Position numbers and translations under genes: made by a program | Shown: positions 18,288 to 27,988 of the stretch, piece after piece | How positions within the stretch are numbered: position 1 is the stretch's first letter | How the letters are laid out: each line of letters begins with the position of its first letter | Assembly (NCBI GenBank): GCA_046760105.1 | Contig: JBHIDJ010000008.1 | Location: 1,712 to 65,711 of the forward strand | Origin: Acidiferrobacterales bacterium | GTDB lineage: Bacteria > Pseudomonadota > Gammaproteobacteria > Acidiferrobacterales > SPGG2 | DNA length: 64,000 nucleotides | Direction of reading: 5' to 3' | Notes under the pieces: model-generated | What the model saw: the letters and a program-made list of their open reading frames with translations, nothing else | Database searches by the model: none | Told to the model about the DNA's origin: nothing

Positions 18288-19217
18288 TTAGACCGTGGTT
18301 TCGACGGGTTGCAGGTAGGGTATCGGGGCTGGCCGGGAATCGTCGTAAGTCACTAACTCCCAGGCGTCGGTCTGCGCTAAGAGCGTGCGCAGCAGCCGAT
18401 TGTTCAACGCATGACCCGATTTGTGTCCGCTGAATGAACCGACCAAGCTGTGCCCCAGTAGGTAGAGATCACCGATTGCGTCAAGGACCTTGTGCTTGAC
18501 AAACTCGTCCTCGTAACGCAGCCCGTCCTCGTTGATGACGCGATAGTCATCCAGGACGATGGCGTTATCGAGGCTTCCGCCCAAAGCGAGGTTTTGGTCG
18601 TGCAAATGCTCAATATCGCGCATAAAGCCGAAGGTACGTGCGCGGCTGACCTCCTTGAGAAAGGACGTCGATGAGAAGTCCAGCTCCGCCTTGTGACAAC
18701 TGGTCTTAAAGACCGGATGGTCAAAGTCGATGCTGAAAGCGACCCTGAAACCTTCGTACGGATCGAATCGCGCCCACTTGTCGCCGTCTTCCGCCTTGAC
18801 GGTCCGCTCGATACGCAAGAACCGTTTGGCCGCGTCCTGCAGTGTGATACCGGCAGATTGGATCAAGAAGACGAACGGCGCGGCACTACCATCCATGATG
18901 GGGACCTCCGGGGCGCTTACATCGATGTAGGCGTTGTCGATGCCCAAGCCGGCCAACGCCGACAGCAGGTGCTCGACGGTAGAGATCCTAATTCCGTCTT
19001 TTACCAGGGTGGTCGACAGACTCGTGTCTCCGACATAATCGGGGTGTGCCTTGATGTCTACAGGCAGGTCGAGATCGGTGCGGCGAAAGACAATGCCGCA
19101 GTTCACGGGCCCAGGCCTCAGCGTGAGATACACCTTCTGGCCTGTGTGCAACCCGACACCAGTGGCCGTAATGACGTTTTTGAGAGTGCGTTGTCTGTAG
19201 TTAGTGGCGATGGCCAT
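18288..19217 (-). CDS. lpxC: UDP-3-O-acyl-N-acetylglucosamine deacetylase
   Basis: 309 aa with [41 protein letters not shown] and [14 protein letters not shown]. Confidence 0.95.
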   Translation of the reverse strand: MAIATNYRQRTLKNVITATGVGLHTGQKVYLTLRPGPVNCGIVFRRTDLDLPVDIKAHPDYVGDTSLSTTLVKDGIRISTVEHLLSALAGLGIDNAYIDVSAPEVPIMDGSAAPFVFLIQSAGITLQDAAKRFLRIERTVKAEDGDKWARFDPYEGFRVAFSIDFDHPVFKTSCHKAELDFSSTSFLKEVSRARTFGFMRDIEHLHDQNLALGGSLDNAIVLDDYRVINEDGLRYEDEFVKHKVLDAIGDLYLLGHSLVGSFSGHKSGHALNNRLLRTLLAQTDAWELVTYDDSRPAPIPYLQPVETTV

Positions 19218-19388
19218 GCAATTCCTTCTGCGCCGGCCACGCTGGCCTGGTAATGAGGGTTTTTAGCATTATGGTTTTCTTGTATTTGGCTTCGGTACGA
19301 GTACTACCCCGAATTTTGTTAAAACTGCTTGAGATTTTCAGTCTAGCACAGCATTAGCCGGACCCCAAACGTCACTCCTCATACGCCC

Positions 19389-20312
19389 TCAGGTGGTGAT
19401 TGGCTTGGTGGAAGGCTTCCGTCTGGCCCGCGGGTGTGCCTGGTCGTATACGCGCGCCAAGTGCTGAAAGTCCAGGTGCGTGTAAATCTGGGTCGTCGAA
19501 ATGTCGGCATGACCCAGGAGTTCCTGCACGGCGCGCAGGTCGCCACTGGACTCGAGCAGATGGCTCGCGAAGGAGTGGCGCAACATGTGAGGGTGTACGG
19601 GGACATACAAGCCCTGCTGCTGCGCCCAGCGTCGCACCCGCAGCTGCACCGCCCGGTGGCTCAGGCGACGCCCTTTGCGCCCAGTGAACAATGCTGGCTC
19701 GTCCTTGGGCGTGAGGCGCCGTCGCGCCACCAGCCATTGGCTGAGGGCATCACATGCAAAGCGGCCAATGGGCAGTACGCGGGTCTTCGCGCCCTTTCCA
19801 GTTACCCGCACCTGCTCCGCCCGCAGGTCTAGATCTCCCGCATCCAGGCTAACGAGTTCGCCCAAGCGCAATCCCGAGGAGTAGAGTAGCTCCAGGATCG
19901 CGCGATCGCGCACGCTCAACGGATCATCGCCGGCAATCGCGACAAAGCGGCTAGCCTGGTCTACGGTGAGCGCCTTCGGCAGCCTCTTCTTCGCCTTGGG
20001 CGCCGGGATGCCCGCCGCCGGGTTGCGTCTCACCAGGCGTTCCCGCAACAGATAACGGTAAAGCGATCGCGCCGCCGAAAGACAGCGCCGGACAGTCTTG
20101 CCCGAGCGACCCTGGCGATGAACGCTGGCAGCGAAGGCCCGCACATCATGCGGCGCAAGCGCCTGCCAATCGGCGATACCACGTGCGTCACAGAAGGCGA
20201 CTAGTTGCACGAGGTCCCTGGCGTAGGCGCTGATCGTCCTTGGCGACATCCGCCTTTGATCACGCAGGTAGGCCAGGAATTCACTTACCTGGCGTGTTGC
20301 GCGCGGTTGCAT
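19389..20312 (-). CDS. xerC: Tyrosine recombinase XerC
   Basis: 307 aa with catalytic R..HxxR..Y (HMLRHSFASHLL, GHADISTTQIYTH). It sits in dapF-DUF484-xerC synteny. Confidence 0.9.
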   Translation of the reverse strand: MQPRATRQVSEFLAYLRDQRRMSPRTISAYARDLVQLVAFCDARGIADWQALAPHDVRAFAASVHRQGRSGKTVRRCLSAARSLYRYLLRERLVRRNPAAGIPAPKAKKRLPKALTVDQASRFVAIAGDDPLSVRDRAILELLYSSGLRLGELVSLDAGDLDLRAEQVRVTGKGAKTRVLPIGRFACDALSQWLVARRRLTPKDEPALFTGRKGRRLSHRAVQLRVRRWAQQQGLYVPVHPHMLRHSFASHLLESSGDLRAVQELLGHADISTTQIYTHLDFQHLARVYDQAHPRARRKPSTKPITT

Positions 20313-20328
20313 AGTCGCTCTGGGACCG

Positions 20329-21027
20329 TTATCTGAGATAGCGCGCGACGCCGCGCATCAACAGCTCGCCGAGCCTTACCAGATACAGGGTCCCCATCTC
20401 GGGATGAAAACGGTGCGGGTCGCGGCTACCGAGGCACAGCACACCGCGCGGGATCTCGCCCCCGAGAGCGATCATCGCCGTGGATTTGATCTGCTTGGCG
20501 CCGGTGCCGAACAAGTAAGTTAGCATCTTGTCGTCGTACTTGCCGCCACATACGGGTCGGCCACCGACAAACTGCTTTAACAGCGAATTGAGCTGGCGGT
20601 CATCTTGCTTCGTGAACTCCGGCCGCCCCGCGGTGGCTGCCCCCCCGCCCTTGAGGCGGATCACCACCTGATCCAGCTTGAACTCTTGGCGCAGAAGGTC
20701 ATGGGCGGTACTCAACACATCGTCCAGAGAGGCCGCATCGATCATCGCTTGGCTGAAGTGGTGCAGCCGTTCGCCCAGAACCTCGTTTTCACGGGCGATC
20801 GCTACGAGTTCACGTAACTGCTGTTGTAAACGGTGATTCTGTTCGCGCAGCACTTGGACTTGGTGTTCCAGGAGCGAGATGGCGCTACCGCTTTCGGGAT
20901 GAGGTACTTTAAGTGTCGCCAGTACCTCGCCGTGACGCAGGAAGTAATCCGGATTGTCTTCCAGATAGCGAGCTACCGCCTCCTCCCAGGTGAGCTCTTT
21001 TTGTTGTCCTTCGCTTTTGTGAGTCAT
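20329..21027 (-). CDS. DUF484 (YigA) family protein
   Basis: 232 aa with N-terminal ..YLEDNPDYFLRH.. followed by a coiled-coil and a GAF-like region. It occupies the yigA position between dapF and xerC. Confidence 0.85.
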   Translation of the reverse strand: MTHKSEGQQKELTWEEAVARYLEDNPDYFLRHGEVLATLKVPHPESGSAISLLEHQVQVLREQNHRLQQQLRELVAIARENEVLGERLHHFSQAMIDAASLDDVLSTAHDLLRQEFKLDQVVIRLKGGGAATAGRPEFTKQDDRQLNSLLKQFVGGRPVCGGKYDDKMLTYLFGTGAKQIKSTAMIALGGEIPRGVLCLGSRDPHRFHPEMGTLYLVRLGELLMRGVARYLR

Positions 21028-21863
21028 AAACGCTCTACATCAAGGCTGCCTTCATACGTGGTGACGGCCGGGCCCCTCAAAAACGCCGGCTCGCCGTCCC
21101 CAGGCCACGACACGTGCAGCGTGCCCCCGGGTAGTGTCACCTCGACGGCCTCCGCGAGCAAGCCGCGCCGGCAACCCGAGATCACGGCTGCCGTGGCCCC
21201 AGTCCCACACGCCAGCGTCTCACCCACTCCGCGCTCGTGTACGCGCAGACGGATGTGCCGCGGATCCAGCACCTGCATGAATCCCGCATTCACCCGGTTG
21301 GGGAAGCGCGGGTGGTTCTCTACTAGGGGGCCGAGGGTCGCCACTATCCCGTCATCCACGTCCTCGACTATCTGCACTGCATGGGGATTTCCCAGCGAAA
21401 GCACACTGACAGCCACGTGTTTGCCCCCTATATCCAAATCATAGACGACCTCGGGTGTATTTGCCGCAAACGGGATCTTGACGGGATCGAATTCCGGTAC
21501 CCCCATATCGACGGTCACCTGGCCGTCCGTCTCTACACGGAGATGGACCACGCCACCCAGGGTCTGTATCGCCATCTCGCTCTTGTTTGTCAGCCCACAG
21601 TCGCGCACGAACCGAGCCAGGCAGCGCGCCCCGTTGCCGCAATGCTCAACCTCACCGCCGTCGGCGTTAAAGATGCGGAACTTGAAATCGACATCGGGCG
21701 TGTCGGCGCGTTCCAGCAACAGCACCTGGTCACACCCTACCCCGTAACGCCGCTGGGCGATACGGCGGATCTGCTCACGCGTCAGATCGACCCGCCGACG
21801 AATACAATCAAACACCGCGAAGTCATTGCCAAGGCCATGCATTTTGGTGAATGAAACACGCAT
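21024..21863 (-). CDS. dapF: Diaminopimelate epimerase
   Basis: 279 aa with FTKMHGLGNDF, both catalytic Cys contexts (VEHCGNGARC, LACGTGATA), and a 4-nt overlap with the next gene. Confidence 0.95.
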   Translation of the reverse strand: MRVSFTKMHGLGNDFAVFDCIRRRVDLTREQIRRIAQRRYGVGCDQVLLLERADTPDVDFKFRIFNADGGEVEHCGNGARCLARFVRDCGLTNKSEMAIQTLGGVVHLRVETDGQVTVDMGVPEFDPVKIPFAANTPEVVYDLDIGGKHVAVSVLSLGNPHAVQIVEDVDDGIVATLGPLVENHPRFPNRVNAGFMQVLDPRHIRLRVHERGVGETLACGTGATAAVISGCRRGLLAEAVEVTLPGGTLHVSWPGDGEPAFLRGPAVTTYEGSLDVERL

Positions 21864-21928
21864 ACACCAAGATTACCGCCTTGTGCACGGCAAGCAAACT
21901 AGTGTTTGAGCGCCAAGCGGAGTGTGGC

Positions 21929-22597
21929 TCAAGCGAGGTTACCCCAAACGATCAGATGGCGGTCGCTGACCACGTCGATCTGAAGGTAGCCCTCCAGACC
22001 CGCTGTCAGCAGCTGTGCGCGGATCTCGTCCGGGCGATAGCTGGCGAGCAGGGACTTAAAAAAATCGCGTTTCAGGAGCTCGGGTTCATTGCCGCTGTAC
22101 GCGTCGACCAATCGGCGCGCGACGGACCTCGAGTCGGGCCGCAGCAGATCCATCACAAAAATGCTTCTTCTCTGGGGCGGTCCGTTGTCCTTGAGCGTGT
22201 TCCACAGCACGAGCGGATCGGCAAGATGATGCAGCAGACTGTTGCTGATAACCGTATCGAACGTGCTGTGTGCCGGAAGCTCACCCGGCAAACGCACCCT
22301 GACGAGCCTGATCCGATCCTGCATGTCCGCGGCGTCTACAGCCTCTCGGCCTAAGGCCAGCATCGCCTCAGACCCATCAATGCCCGTCAATTCACAATTA
22401 GGATAGGCATGGGCAAAACGAATACTGATGTCGGCCGGCCCGCACCCGAGATCCAGCACACGCAGGGGACTGTGGTCGGGAAAGCGCTCGCGGAAACGCT
22501 CGATGAATGCCTGGTGCGGTTCGGAGAAGTCCGCCATAGCATAGGCGCGTGCCTGCTCGGGATCATCCATCAACTCTGGCTCGGGAATACGTTTCAT
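21929..22597 (-). CDS. Class I SAM-dependent methyltransferase
   Basis: 222 aa with motif I VLDLGCGPADISI. No Shine-Dalgarno is visible; the start lies 13 nt from repeat copy A. Confidence 0.8.
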   Translation of the reverse strand: MKRIPEPELMDDPEQARAYAMADFSEPHQAFIERFRERFPDHSPLRVLDLGCGPADISIRFAHAYPNCELTGIDGSEAMLALGREAVDAADMQDRIRLVRVRLPGELPAHSTFDTVISNSLLHHLADPLVLWNTLKDNGPPQRRSIFVMDLLRPDSRSVARRLVDAYSGNEPELLKRDFFKSLLASYRPDEIRAQLLTAGLEGYLQIDVVSDRHLIVWGNLA

Positions 22598-22610
22598 AAA
22601 ACGACACAGC

Positions 22611-22735
22611 TAGTAGCAAGTTACAAGTAGCAAGTAGCGAGGAGAAAGCAAAAAAGCTTCAGACTCGCCGGAGATTTCCCTTGATCCTTGCTACTTCGCA
22701 CTTACCTACTCGCAGTTAATTACTTGCTACTCGGG
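22611..22735. repeat. Heptad-array palindromic element, copy A
   Basis: Left arm: TAGCAAG TTACAAG TAGCAAG TAGCGAG GAGAAAG (22614-22648). Right arm: CTTGCTA CTTCGCA CTTACCTA CTCGCAG TTAATTA CTTGCTA CTCGGG (22687-22735). The arms are mutually reverse-complementary. Confidence 0.85.
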
Positions 22736-23992
22736 CAATATCGATTCCGTCGCCAGCATCTCATCGATCGTTTCCCGGCGACGGACGATATGGAAGCGAT
22801 CCTTATCAACCATGACCTCTGCCACAAGCGGACGACTGTTGTAACGCGAACTCATAATCGCACTGTAGGCACCAGCACAGCGCACCGCGAGCAGATCACC
22901 GGGGGCGACAGCTAATTCGCGATCGCATCCGAGAAAATCTCCGCTTTCGCAAACCGGACCAACGACATCGTAGACATGCATCTCATGCCCACCGTCCGTG
23001 GCGACCGGCACAATCTCATGCCAGGCATCATAAAGCGCGGGTCGCATGAGGTCATTCATGGCGGCGTCGACCACCGCGAAATTCTTCGCGTTGGTATGCT
23101 TTAGGTACTCCACACGCGTGAGCAGCACCCCGGCTTCACCCACGAGCGCCCGCCCGGGCTCAATCACGACGCGGATGTGCCGGTATCGTGAACCGTGGGC
23201 ATCCAGTCTGTTAATGAGTGCAAGCACGTAGTCACGCGGGCTCGGCGGTTGCTCACTGCGATACGTAATGCCAAGCCCGCCCCCCAGATTGACGTGTTCA
23301 AGTTCGAGTCCTTCCCGACGCAATGCTTCCACCAGCGTCAGCAAACGCTCAAGCGCATCGATAAACGGCGCCGTATCGGTGAGCTGCGAGCCGATATGGC
23401 AAGCCATACCTATGATCTTAATAGTCGGCAGACTGCGGGCATGAGTATAGACATCGCCTGCGCGCTCGATGGGCACACCAAACTTGTTGCGCTTACGGCC
23501 GGTGGCGATATAGGGATGCGTATTCGGATCAACGTCTGGATTCACGCGTAGCGCAACCGGTGCCGGCTTGCCGACCTGACTTGCCAGTTCGCTCAGACGC
23601 GCGAGCTCGCCCTCGGATTCGACGTCAAAACAGTGGATACCTGCTTCCAATGCACGCTGCATTTCGCGCTCAGTCTTGCCGACGCCCGAGAACACCACCC
23701 TCGAGGGGTTACCACCTGCGCGCAGTACGCGCTCGAGCTCCCCTCCGGACACGATGTCGAAGCCCGATCCGAGGCGCGCGAGTAGGTTCAAAATGGCCAG
23801 GTTCGAATTGGCCTTCACCCCGTAACACACCAAATGATCGCGCGAGCCGAAGGCCTCATCAAAGGCATACCATCGGCGCTCGATCATCGCTCGCGAATAC
23901 ACATAACACGGCGTGCCCACTTGCTCGGCAATGGTCGCCAGCGGGATATCTTCGGCAAAAAGTTGCCCGTTACGGTAAGCAAAGAGCGTCAT
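22727..23992 (-). CDS. lysA: Diaminopimelate decarboxylase
   Basis: 421 aa with PLP-site context ..YGVKANSN.., GGGLGI, and CESGD near the C-terminus. Its stop codon lies inside the terminal CTTGCTACTC of repeat A. Confidence 0.95.
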   Translation of the reverse strand: MTLFAYRNGQLFAEDIPLATIAEQVGTPCYVYSRAMIERRWYAFDEAFGSRDHLVCYGVKANSNLAILNLLARLGSGFDIVSGGELERVLRAGGNPSRVVFSGVGKTEREMQRALEAGIHCFDVESEGELARLSELASQVGKPAPVALRVNPDVDPNTHPYIATGRKRNKFGVPIERAGDVYTHARSLPTIKIIGMACHIGSQLTDTAPFIDALERLLTLVEALRREGLELEHVNLGGGLGITYRSEQPPSPRDYVLALINRLDAHGSRYRHIRVVIEPGRALVGEAGVLLTRVEYLKHTNAKNFAVVDAAMNDLMRPALYDAWHEIVPVATDGGHEMHVYDVVGPVCESGDFLGCDRELAVAPGDLLAVRCAGAYSAIMSSRYNSRPLVAEVMVDKDRFHIVRRRETIDEMLATESILPE

Positions 23993-24005
23993 CGGTGATC
24001 TACCG

Positions 24006-24182
24006 CTAGTACTGCTTGTTTGACTGCTTTTTGCTCTGCTCCTCTTCCCTGGAGTCGTCGGTCTGCTCTTGCTTCACGGGTTCTGGGAGGTACAAGGACC
24101 CCTTCTTGCCACAGCCCATCAGGGCTCCAGCAGCAGTCGCTAGCACTCCGACTACGAGCAACGGCAAGGCGATACGAGTCAT
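24006..24182 (-). CDS. lptM: LptM (YifL) family small lipoprotein
   Basis: Internal ATG at 24182 gives 58 aa: MTRIALPLLVVGVLATAAGALMGCGKKGSLYLPEP. It has the lipobox plus the CG.KG.LYLP signature and sits directly upstream of lysA/dapF, as yifL does in E. coli. Confidence 0.65.
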   Translation of the reverse strand: MTRIALPLLVVGVLATAAGALMGCGKKGSLYLPEPVKQEQTDDSREEEQSKKQSNKQY

Positions 24183-24304
24183 ACGCAAATCTACGATCCT
24201 CTGGAGATGTGTTAGCCGTAGGTTACCAGTTACTCGATGCGTGCAGAATGTCCAAAGATCGACGGGGGGGATTGGGACCGACCCGGGCTTTTTAACGTAC
24301 ACCA

Positions 24305-25375
24305 TCAAGACCGAATCAGCACAACGTCATGGTGCAGAAGTTCCGCCTTTAGCGCATCCAAGTTCAGCAGGCCGAGGCACGGCATGGCGCCGACATCGGC
24401 AATACCTTCGCGCACCCATTTCCTGATCAGCGCGATGGCCGGGCTACAAGCGATCGCCGCGTTGCCATTAGTACGTGCTATCAGACACGCCGCACGCATG
24501 ATGTCAGCGCCATTGCGCTCCCCGTGTACACGCACGCGAATGCCTGTGGTCATATCCAGCAGTCTTTGAACCTCGTCGCGCCGCATTGTACTTTCGTACT
24601 CCACAATATTATGAAGCCTCCGCAGGCGGCCAAGCCCAGCTAAGGCGTAGTTAAGCACCGCCTGGCTGACGCTGGCGCGAAATGTCACCGTCTGTGCGCC
24701 GTATCGTCCTGGAAAGAGATCAAGATCCACGACGTCGCAAAGATAAGTCCGCCGCCGACCAACGGGTGCGGGAAACCTGACCGTCTCTGGTTCCGACCAG
24801 TGGAACGTATCCCGCCAGAGTCCCCTGTGTTTGACGCGCATAGGGCGGCCCACGTAACGCATCATGTTCTGTAACGTCGCGAACCACGGTCTTTGCTCAT
24901 CCATCGGCGAGATCGCGGTGTGAATCTCGGTCACCCGATCGAACTCATCGAGCAGCGAGTCCACCAACGCCCCGGAGATGGCGGGCGCCAACGTCGCACC
25001 TGCTACGACTAGACAAGCACGGGCTTGCGCCTGCTTATTCAGGGCGGTGATGCCAGCAACATATTTCCGGCTAGCGGCGGTATCGACATAATGTACGGAG
25101 CCCTGCGCGCATTGTCGAGCTATCCGATAGTCGTTCGGCCGAAAAGGACCACCCGCATTGACCACGGCAAATACATCACGGAGTGCGTTTCGCACCGAGG
25201 TGGTGCTGTCGGCATCGACGGTGATAAACCCGACCCCGACCCTTTTCGCGAACGCCGGTTTCGCATCGGATCGCCTGACCCCCATCACGCACTCGATCGC
25301 GGAATCCGCCGCCAACGCCGCACTGATGCCCCTACCTGTGGCACTGTTTCCGAGGACCAAGACCCGCCTAGTCAT
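24305..25375 (-). CDS. Saccharopine dehydrogenase-like NAD(P)-binding protein
   Basis: 356 aa with an N-terminal Rossmann-like VLVLGNSATGRGI. The general look matches saccharopine dehydrogenase family proteins of unknown function. Confidence 0.6.
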   Translation of the reverse strand: MTRRVLVLGNSATGRGISAALAADSAIECVMGVRRSDAKPAFAKRVGVGFITVDADSTTSVRNALRDVFAVVNAGGPFRPNDYRIARQCAQGSVHYVDTAASRKYVAGITALNKQAQARACLVVAGATLAPAISGALVDSLLDEFDRVTEIHTAISPMDEQRPWFATLQNMMRYVGRPMRVKHRGLWRDTFHWSEPETVRFPAPVGRRRTYLCDVVDLDLFPGRYGAQTVTFRASVSQAVLNYALAGLGRLRRLHNIVEYESTMRRDEVQRLLDMTTGIRVRVHGERNGADIMRAACLIARTNGNAAIACSPAIALIRKWVREGIADVGAMPCLGLLNLDALKAELLHHDVVLIRS

Positions 25376-25402
25376 GCGGCGCGAATGATATCAAAGAAAA
25401 GA

Positions 25403-25501
25403 CAGATGCAAGATACAAGTAAAAAGATACAGGTTACGCTTTCAATGGTATTCGTCCTATTGAGGTTTTGCTTGTACCTTGGACCTTGAATCTTGTATCT
25501 G
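25403..25501. repeat. Heptad-array palindromic element, copy B (diverged)
   Basis: Left arm: ATGCAAG ATACAAG TAAAAAG ATACAGG (25406-25433). Right arm: CTTGTAC CTTGGAC CTTGAAT CTTGTAT (25471-25498), in perfect 7-nt phase. The right arm lies inside the last 14 codons of lon. Confidence 0.7.
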
Positions 25502-27922
25502 AATTTTCGGATAAACAGTCGTAACAACCTCTTTGTACTGCTTGACGAAATGTACGGTAAGGCCGTTGCGCACATGCTCTGGTAACTCTTCAAAATCGCC
25601 GCGGTTTGCCTCCGGCAGGATAAGCTCCGCGATGCGCACACGCCGTGCGGCGATCACCTTCTCACGAATGCCGCCAACCGGAAGCACCTGACCGGTCAGA
25701 CTCAGTTCGCCGGTCATGCCGATCGGGCGCGCGATCTTCTGCCCACGCGCCAGCGAAAGCAACGCCGTGGCCATGGTGATGCCGGCACTCGGGCCATCTT
25801 TTGGCGTCGCGCCGGCAGGCACATGTAGATGAACAAACGCCTTTTCGAAGTAGTCTGCCGGCGCGCCATAAGGTGCGCTGTGCGATGAGATATAGCTGTA
25901 AGCGATCTCGGCGGATTCCTTCATCACATCACCTAGTTGCCCAGTGAGCTTGAAACCACGTGTGTGCTCGTGCACGCGCGTAGCCTCCACATCGAGCGTC
26001 GCGCCGCCGAGCGGTGTCCACGCAAGACCGGTGGCGATACCCACACCGGTCATGGGCTTCTCCTCCCGAAAAACCGGCTTGCCGAGATAATCCTCGAGAT
26101 TTTTAACACCCACCTTGATCGGCGGTTTCTGTCCTTTGAGAATCTTGACTACCGCTTTGCGCGCAATCGTGCCGATACGCTTTTGCAGATGGCGCACACC
26201 CGCCTCACGCGCATAGCGCTCTATGATCTCGCGGATTGCGTTCTTTTCTATTCTCAGCTCAGTACGCTTAAGGCCCATCTTTCCCAGCTGTCGCGGTATC
26301 AGATGGCTGCGCGCGATCTCCATCTTCTCGAGGGTGATATAACCACCCAGACGTATGACTTCCATACGGTCCAATAACGGTGCTGGAATGGTATCCATTT
26401 GGTTGGCGGTACACATGAACAAGACCTTCGAAAGATCGAAACGTACATCGAGATAGTGATCCAGGAAGTCCTGATTCTGCTCTGGGTCGAGGACCTCGAG
26501 TAACGCTGATGCGGGATCGCCGCGATAGGACGCGCCCACCTTGTCAATCTCATCAAGCATGATTACCGGGTTTGCGGTGCCAACGTCCTTGATCGCTTGG
26601 ATAAACTTCCCCGGCATGGCGCCTATATACGTACGCCGATGCCCCTTTACCTCGGCCTCGTCACGCAAGCCACCCAATGAGAAACGATAAAACCTGCGCC
26701 CGAGCGCGGCCGCCACCGAACGGCCGATCGAAGTCTTGCCCACACCAGGTGGACCAACGAGCAACAGAATCGACCCCGCGACTTCGCCGCGCATAGCGCC
26801 CACGCCGAGAAACTCAATAATGCGTTGCTTTACGTCCTCGAGCCCTTCGTGATCACGGTCCAGTACCTCGCGCGCATGCTCAAGGTCGAGGTTGTCTTCT
26901 GAATACTTGCCCCACGGTAGCAAGGTTAGCCAGTCGAGATAATTGCGCGTTACGGCGTACTCAGGCGACCCCACCTCCAGCACTGACATCTTTTTCATCT
27001 CTTCATCGATACGCTTTCCCGCCTCCTCAGGCAAGTCCGCGTCCTTCAGTCGGGCACGGAATCTATCGAGCTCAGCCGTGCGGTCATCCTTAGCGATGCC
27101 GAGCTCTTTCTGGATCGCCTTGAGCTGTTCCCTAAGGAAATGCTCCCGCTGACGGGTGTGGATGCTTTCTTCCACCTGCTTGTGGATGCGCATCTGCGCC
27201 TTCGCTACCTCGACTTCTTTCTTCAATACCACCAACACCTTCTCTAACCGATCAAGGATGTGCGTGGTTTCTAACACCTCTTGGAGCTCTTCCTTGCTGG
27301 CGGTGGTTAGGCTGGCGGCAAAATCCGCAAGGCGTGACGGCTCTTCCGGGCCAAAGCGATTGAGGAAGAACTTCAGTTCTTCCCCGTAAAGGGGATTCAA
27401 AGGCAGCAGCTCCTTGATGGTATTGACGACGGCTACGGTATAGGCCTTGAGTTCTGTGACGTCCTTGTAGCTCGTCTCTGGAAAGTATTGTGCTCGTACC
27501 GCAAACGGGCGCTCGCTTGACACCCAATCCTCGATGCGGAAACGTTGTAATCCTTCAACGAATATCTGCAGCTTGTCCTCAAGCTTAACAACCTTGTGGA
27601 TCCGGCCAGCCGTCCCCATGGCGTAAAAGTCCGCTGGCTTGGCCTCGAGTGGATCGTCGGTGCGTGTCAAAACCAGGCCCACCACCTTGTGGCCGGCCTC
27701 CATCACTGACTCCACGGTGCGCATCCACGCCTCCTGCTCGAGCACGATCGGAATCATCTGCGCCGGAAAGAATGGCCGGTTAGCTAACGGCAAGACATAC
27801 AAGACGCCGGGTAAGACTTCGGAGGGCCGCGCGAGCGGTGTATGTTCGCGATCCATCAGTTCAGCAGACGGCGATGATTTTTGCTCGTCGTCTTGGTTCT
27901 CGTACGCCTCGATATCTCTCAT
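25457..27922 (-). CDS. lon: ATP-dependent Lon protease (LonA type)
   Basis: 821 aa with a Lon N-domain, Walker A GPPGVGKTS and protease-site PKDGPSAGITMATAL. RBS GGGGAGG. It is not next to clpX, so it is probably a second, AsrA-like Lon. Confidence 0.95.
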   Translation of the reverse strand: MRDIEAYENQDDEQKSSPSAELMDREHTPLARPSEVLPGVLYVLPLANRPFFPAQMIPIVLEQEAWMRTVESVMEAGHKVVGLVLTRTDDPLEAKPADFYAMGTAGRIHKVVKLEDKLQIFVEGLQRFRIEDWVSSERPFAVRAQYFPETSYKDVTELKAYTVAVVNTIKELLPLNPLYGEELKFFLNRFGPEEPSRLADFAASLTTASKEELQEVLETTHILDRLEKVLVVLKKEVEVAKAQMRIHKQVEESIHTRQREHFLREQLKAIQKELGIAKDDRTAELDRFRARLKDADLPEEAGKRIDEEMKKMSVLEVGSPEYAVTRNYLDWLTLLPWGKYSEDNLDLEHAREVLDRDHEGLEDVKQRIIEFLGVGAMRGEVAGSILLLVGPPGVGKTSIGRSVAAALGRRFYRFSLGGLRDEAEVKGHRRTYIGAMPGKFIQAIKDVGTANPVIMLDEIDKVGASYRGDPASALLEVLDPEQNQDFLDHYLDVRFDLSKVLFMCTANQMDTIPAPLLDRMEVIRLGGYITLEKMEIARSHLIPRQLGKMGLKRTELRIEKNAIREIIERYAREAGVRHLQKRIGTIARKAVVKILKGQKPPIKVGVKNLEDYLGKPVFREEKPMTGVGIATGLAWTPLGGATLDVEATRVHEHTRGFKLTGQLGDVMKESAEIAYSYISSHSAPYGAPADYFEKAFVHLHVPAGATPKDGPSAGITMATALLSLARGQKIARPIGMTGELSLTGQVLPVGGIREKVIAARRVRIAELILPEANRGDFEELPEHVRNGLTVHFVKQYKEVVTTVYPKIQIQDSRSKVQAKPQ

Positions 27923-27959
27923 ATCTCAATCCTCCCCCGCGTGGATCTGTGTGTGACAC

Positions 27960-27988
27960 ACATGAGGGCTTACGCCCTGGGGTTCAAG
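27960..27988 (-). promoter_or_regulatory. Putative sigma32 heat-shock promoter of lon
   Basis: The minus strand reads CTTGAA - 14 nt - CCCTCATGT, against the consensus CTTGAA-N13-15-CCCCATNT. It ends about 35 nt upstream of the lon ATG. Confidence 0.4.

Noticed and set aside
19389-20312. Tyrosine recombinase as a marker of an integrated mobile element
   Set aside because: The conserved dapF-DUF484-xerC context and the XerC-type sequence indicate the chromosomal dimer-resolution recombinase. No att-like repeats, tRNA or phage genes flank it.
22687-22735. Idea that the TAGCAAG arrays act as three-frame stop cassettes
   Set aside because: I checked the frames. At copy A the three minus-strand TAGs (22691, 22706, 22727) are all in one frame. 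At copy E the TAA/TAG codons (56813, 56820, 56834) cover only two frames. Three-frame coverage is therefore not a consistent property.
24183-24308. N-terminal 42 codons of the 100-aa track ORF containing LptM
   Set aside because: The extension overlaps the upstream gene's end and has no signal-peptide logic. The internal ATG at 24182 yields a canonical lipoprotein signal plus the LptM signature.
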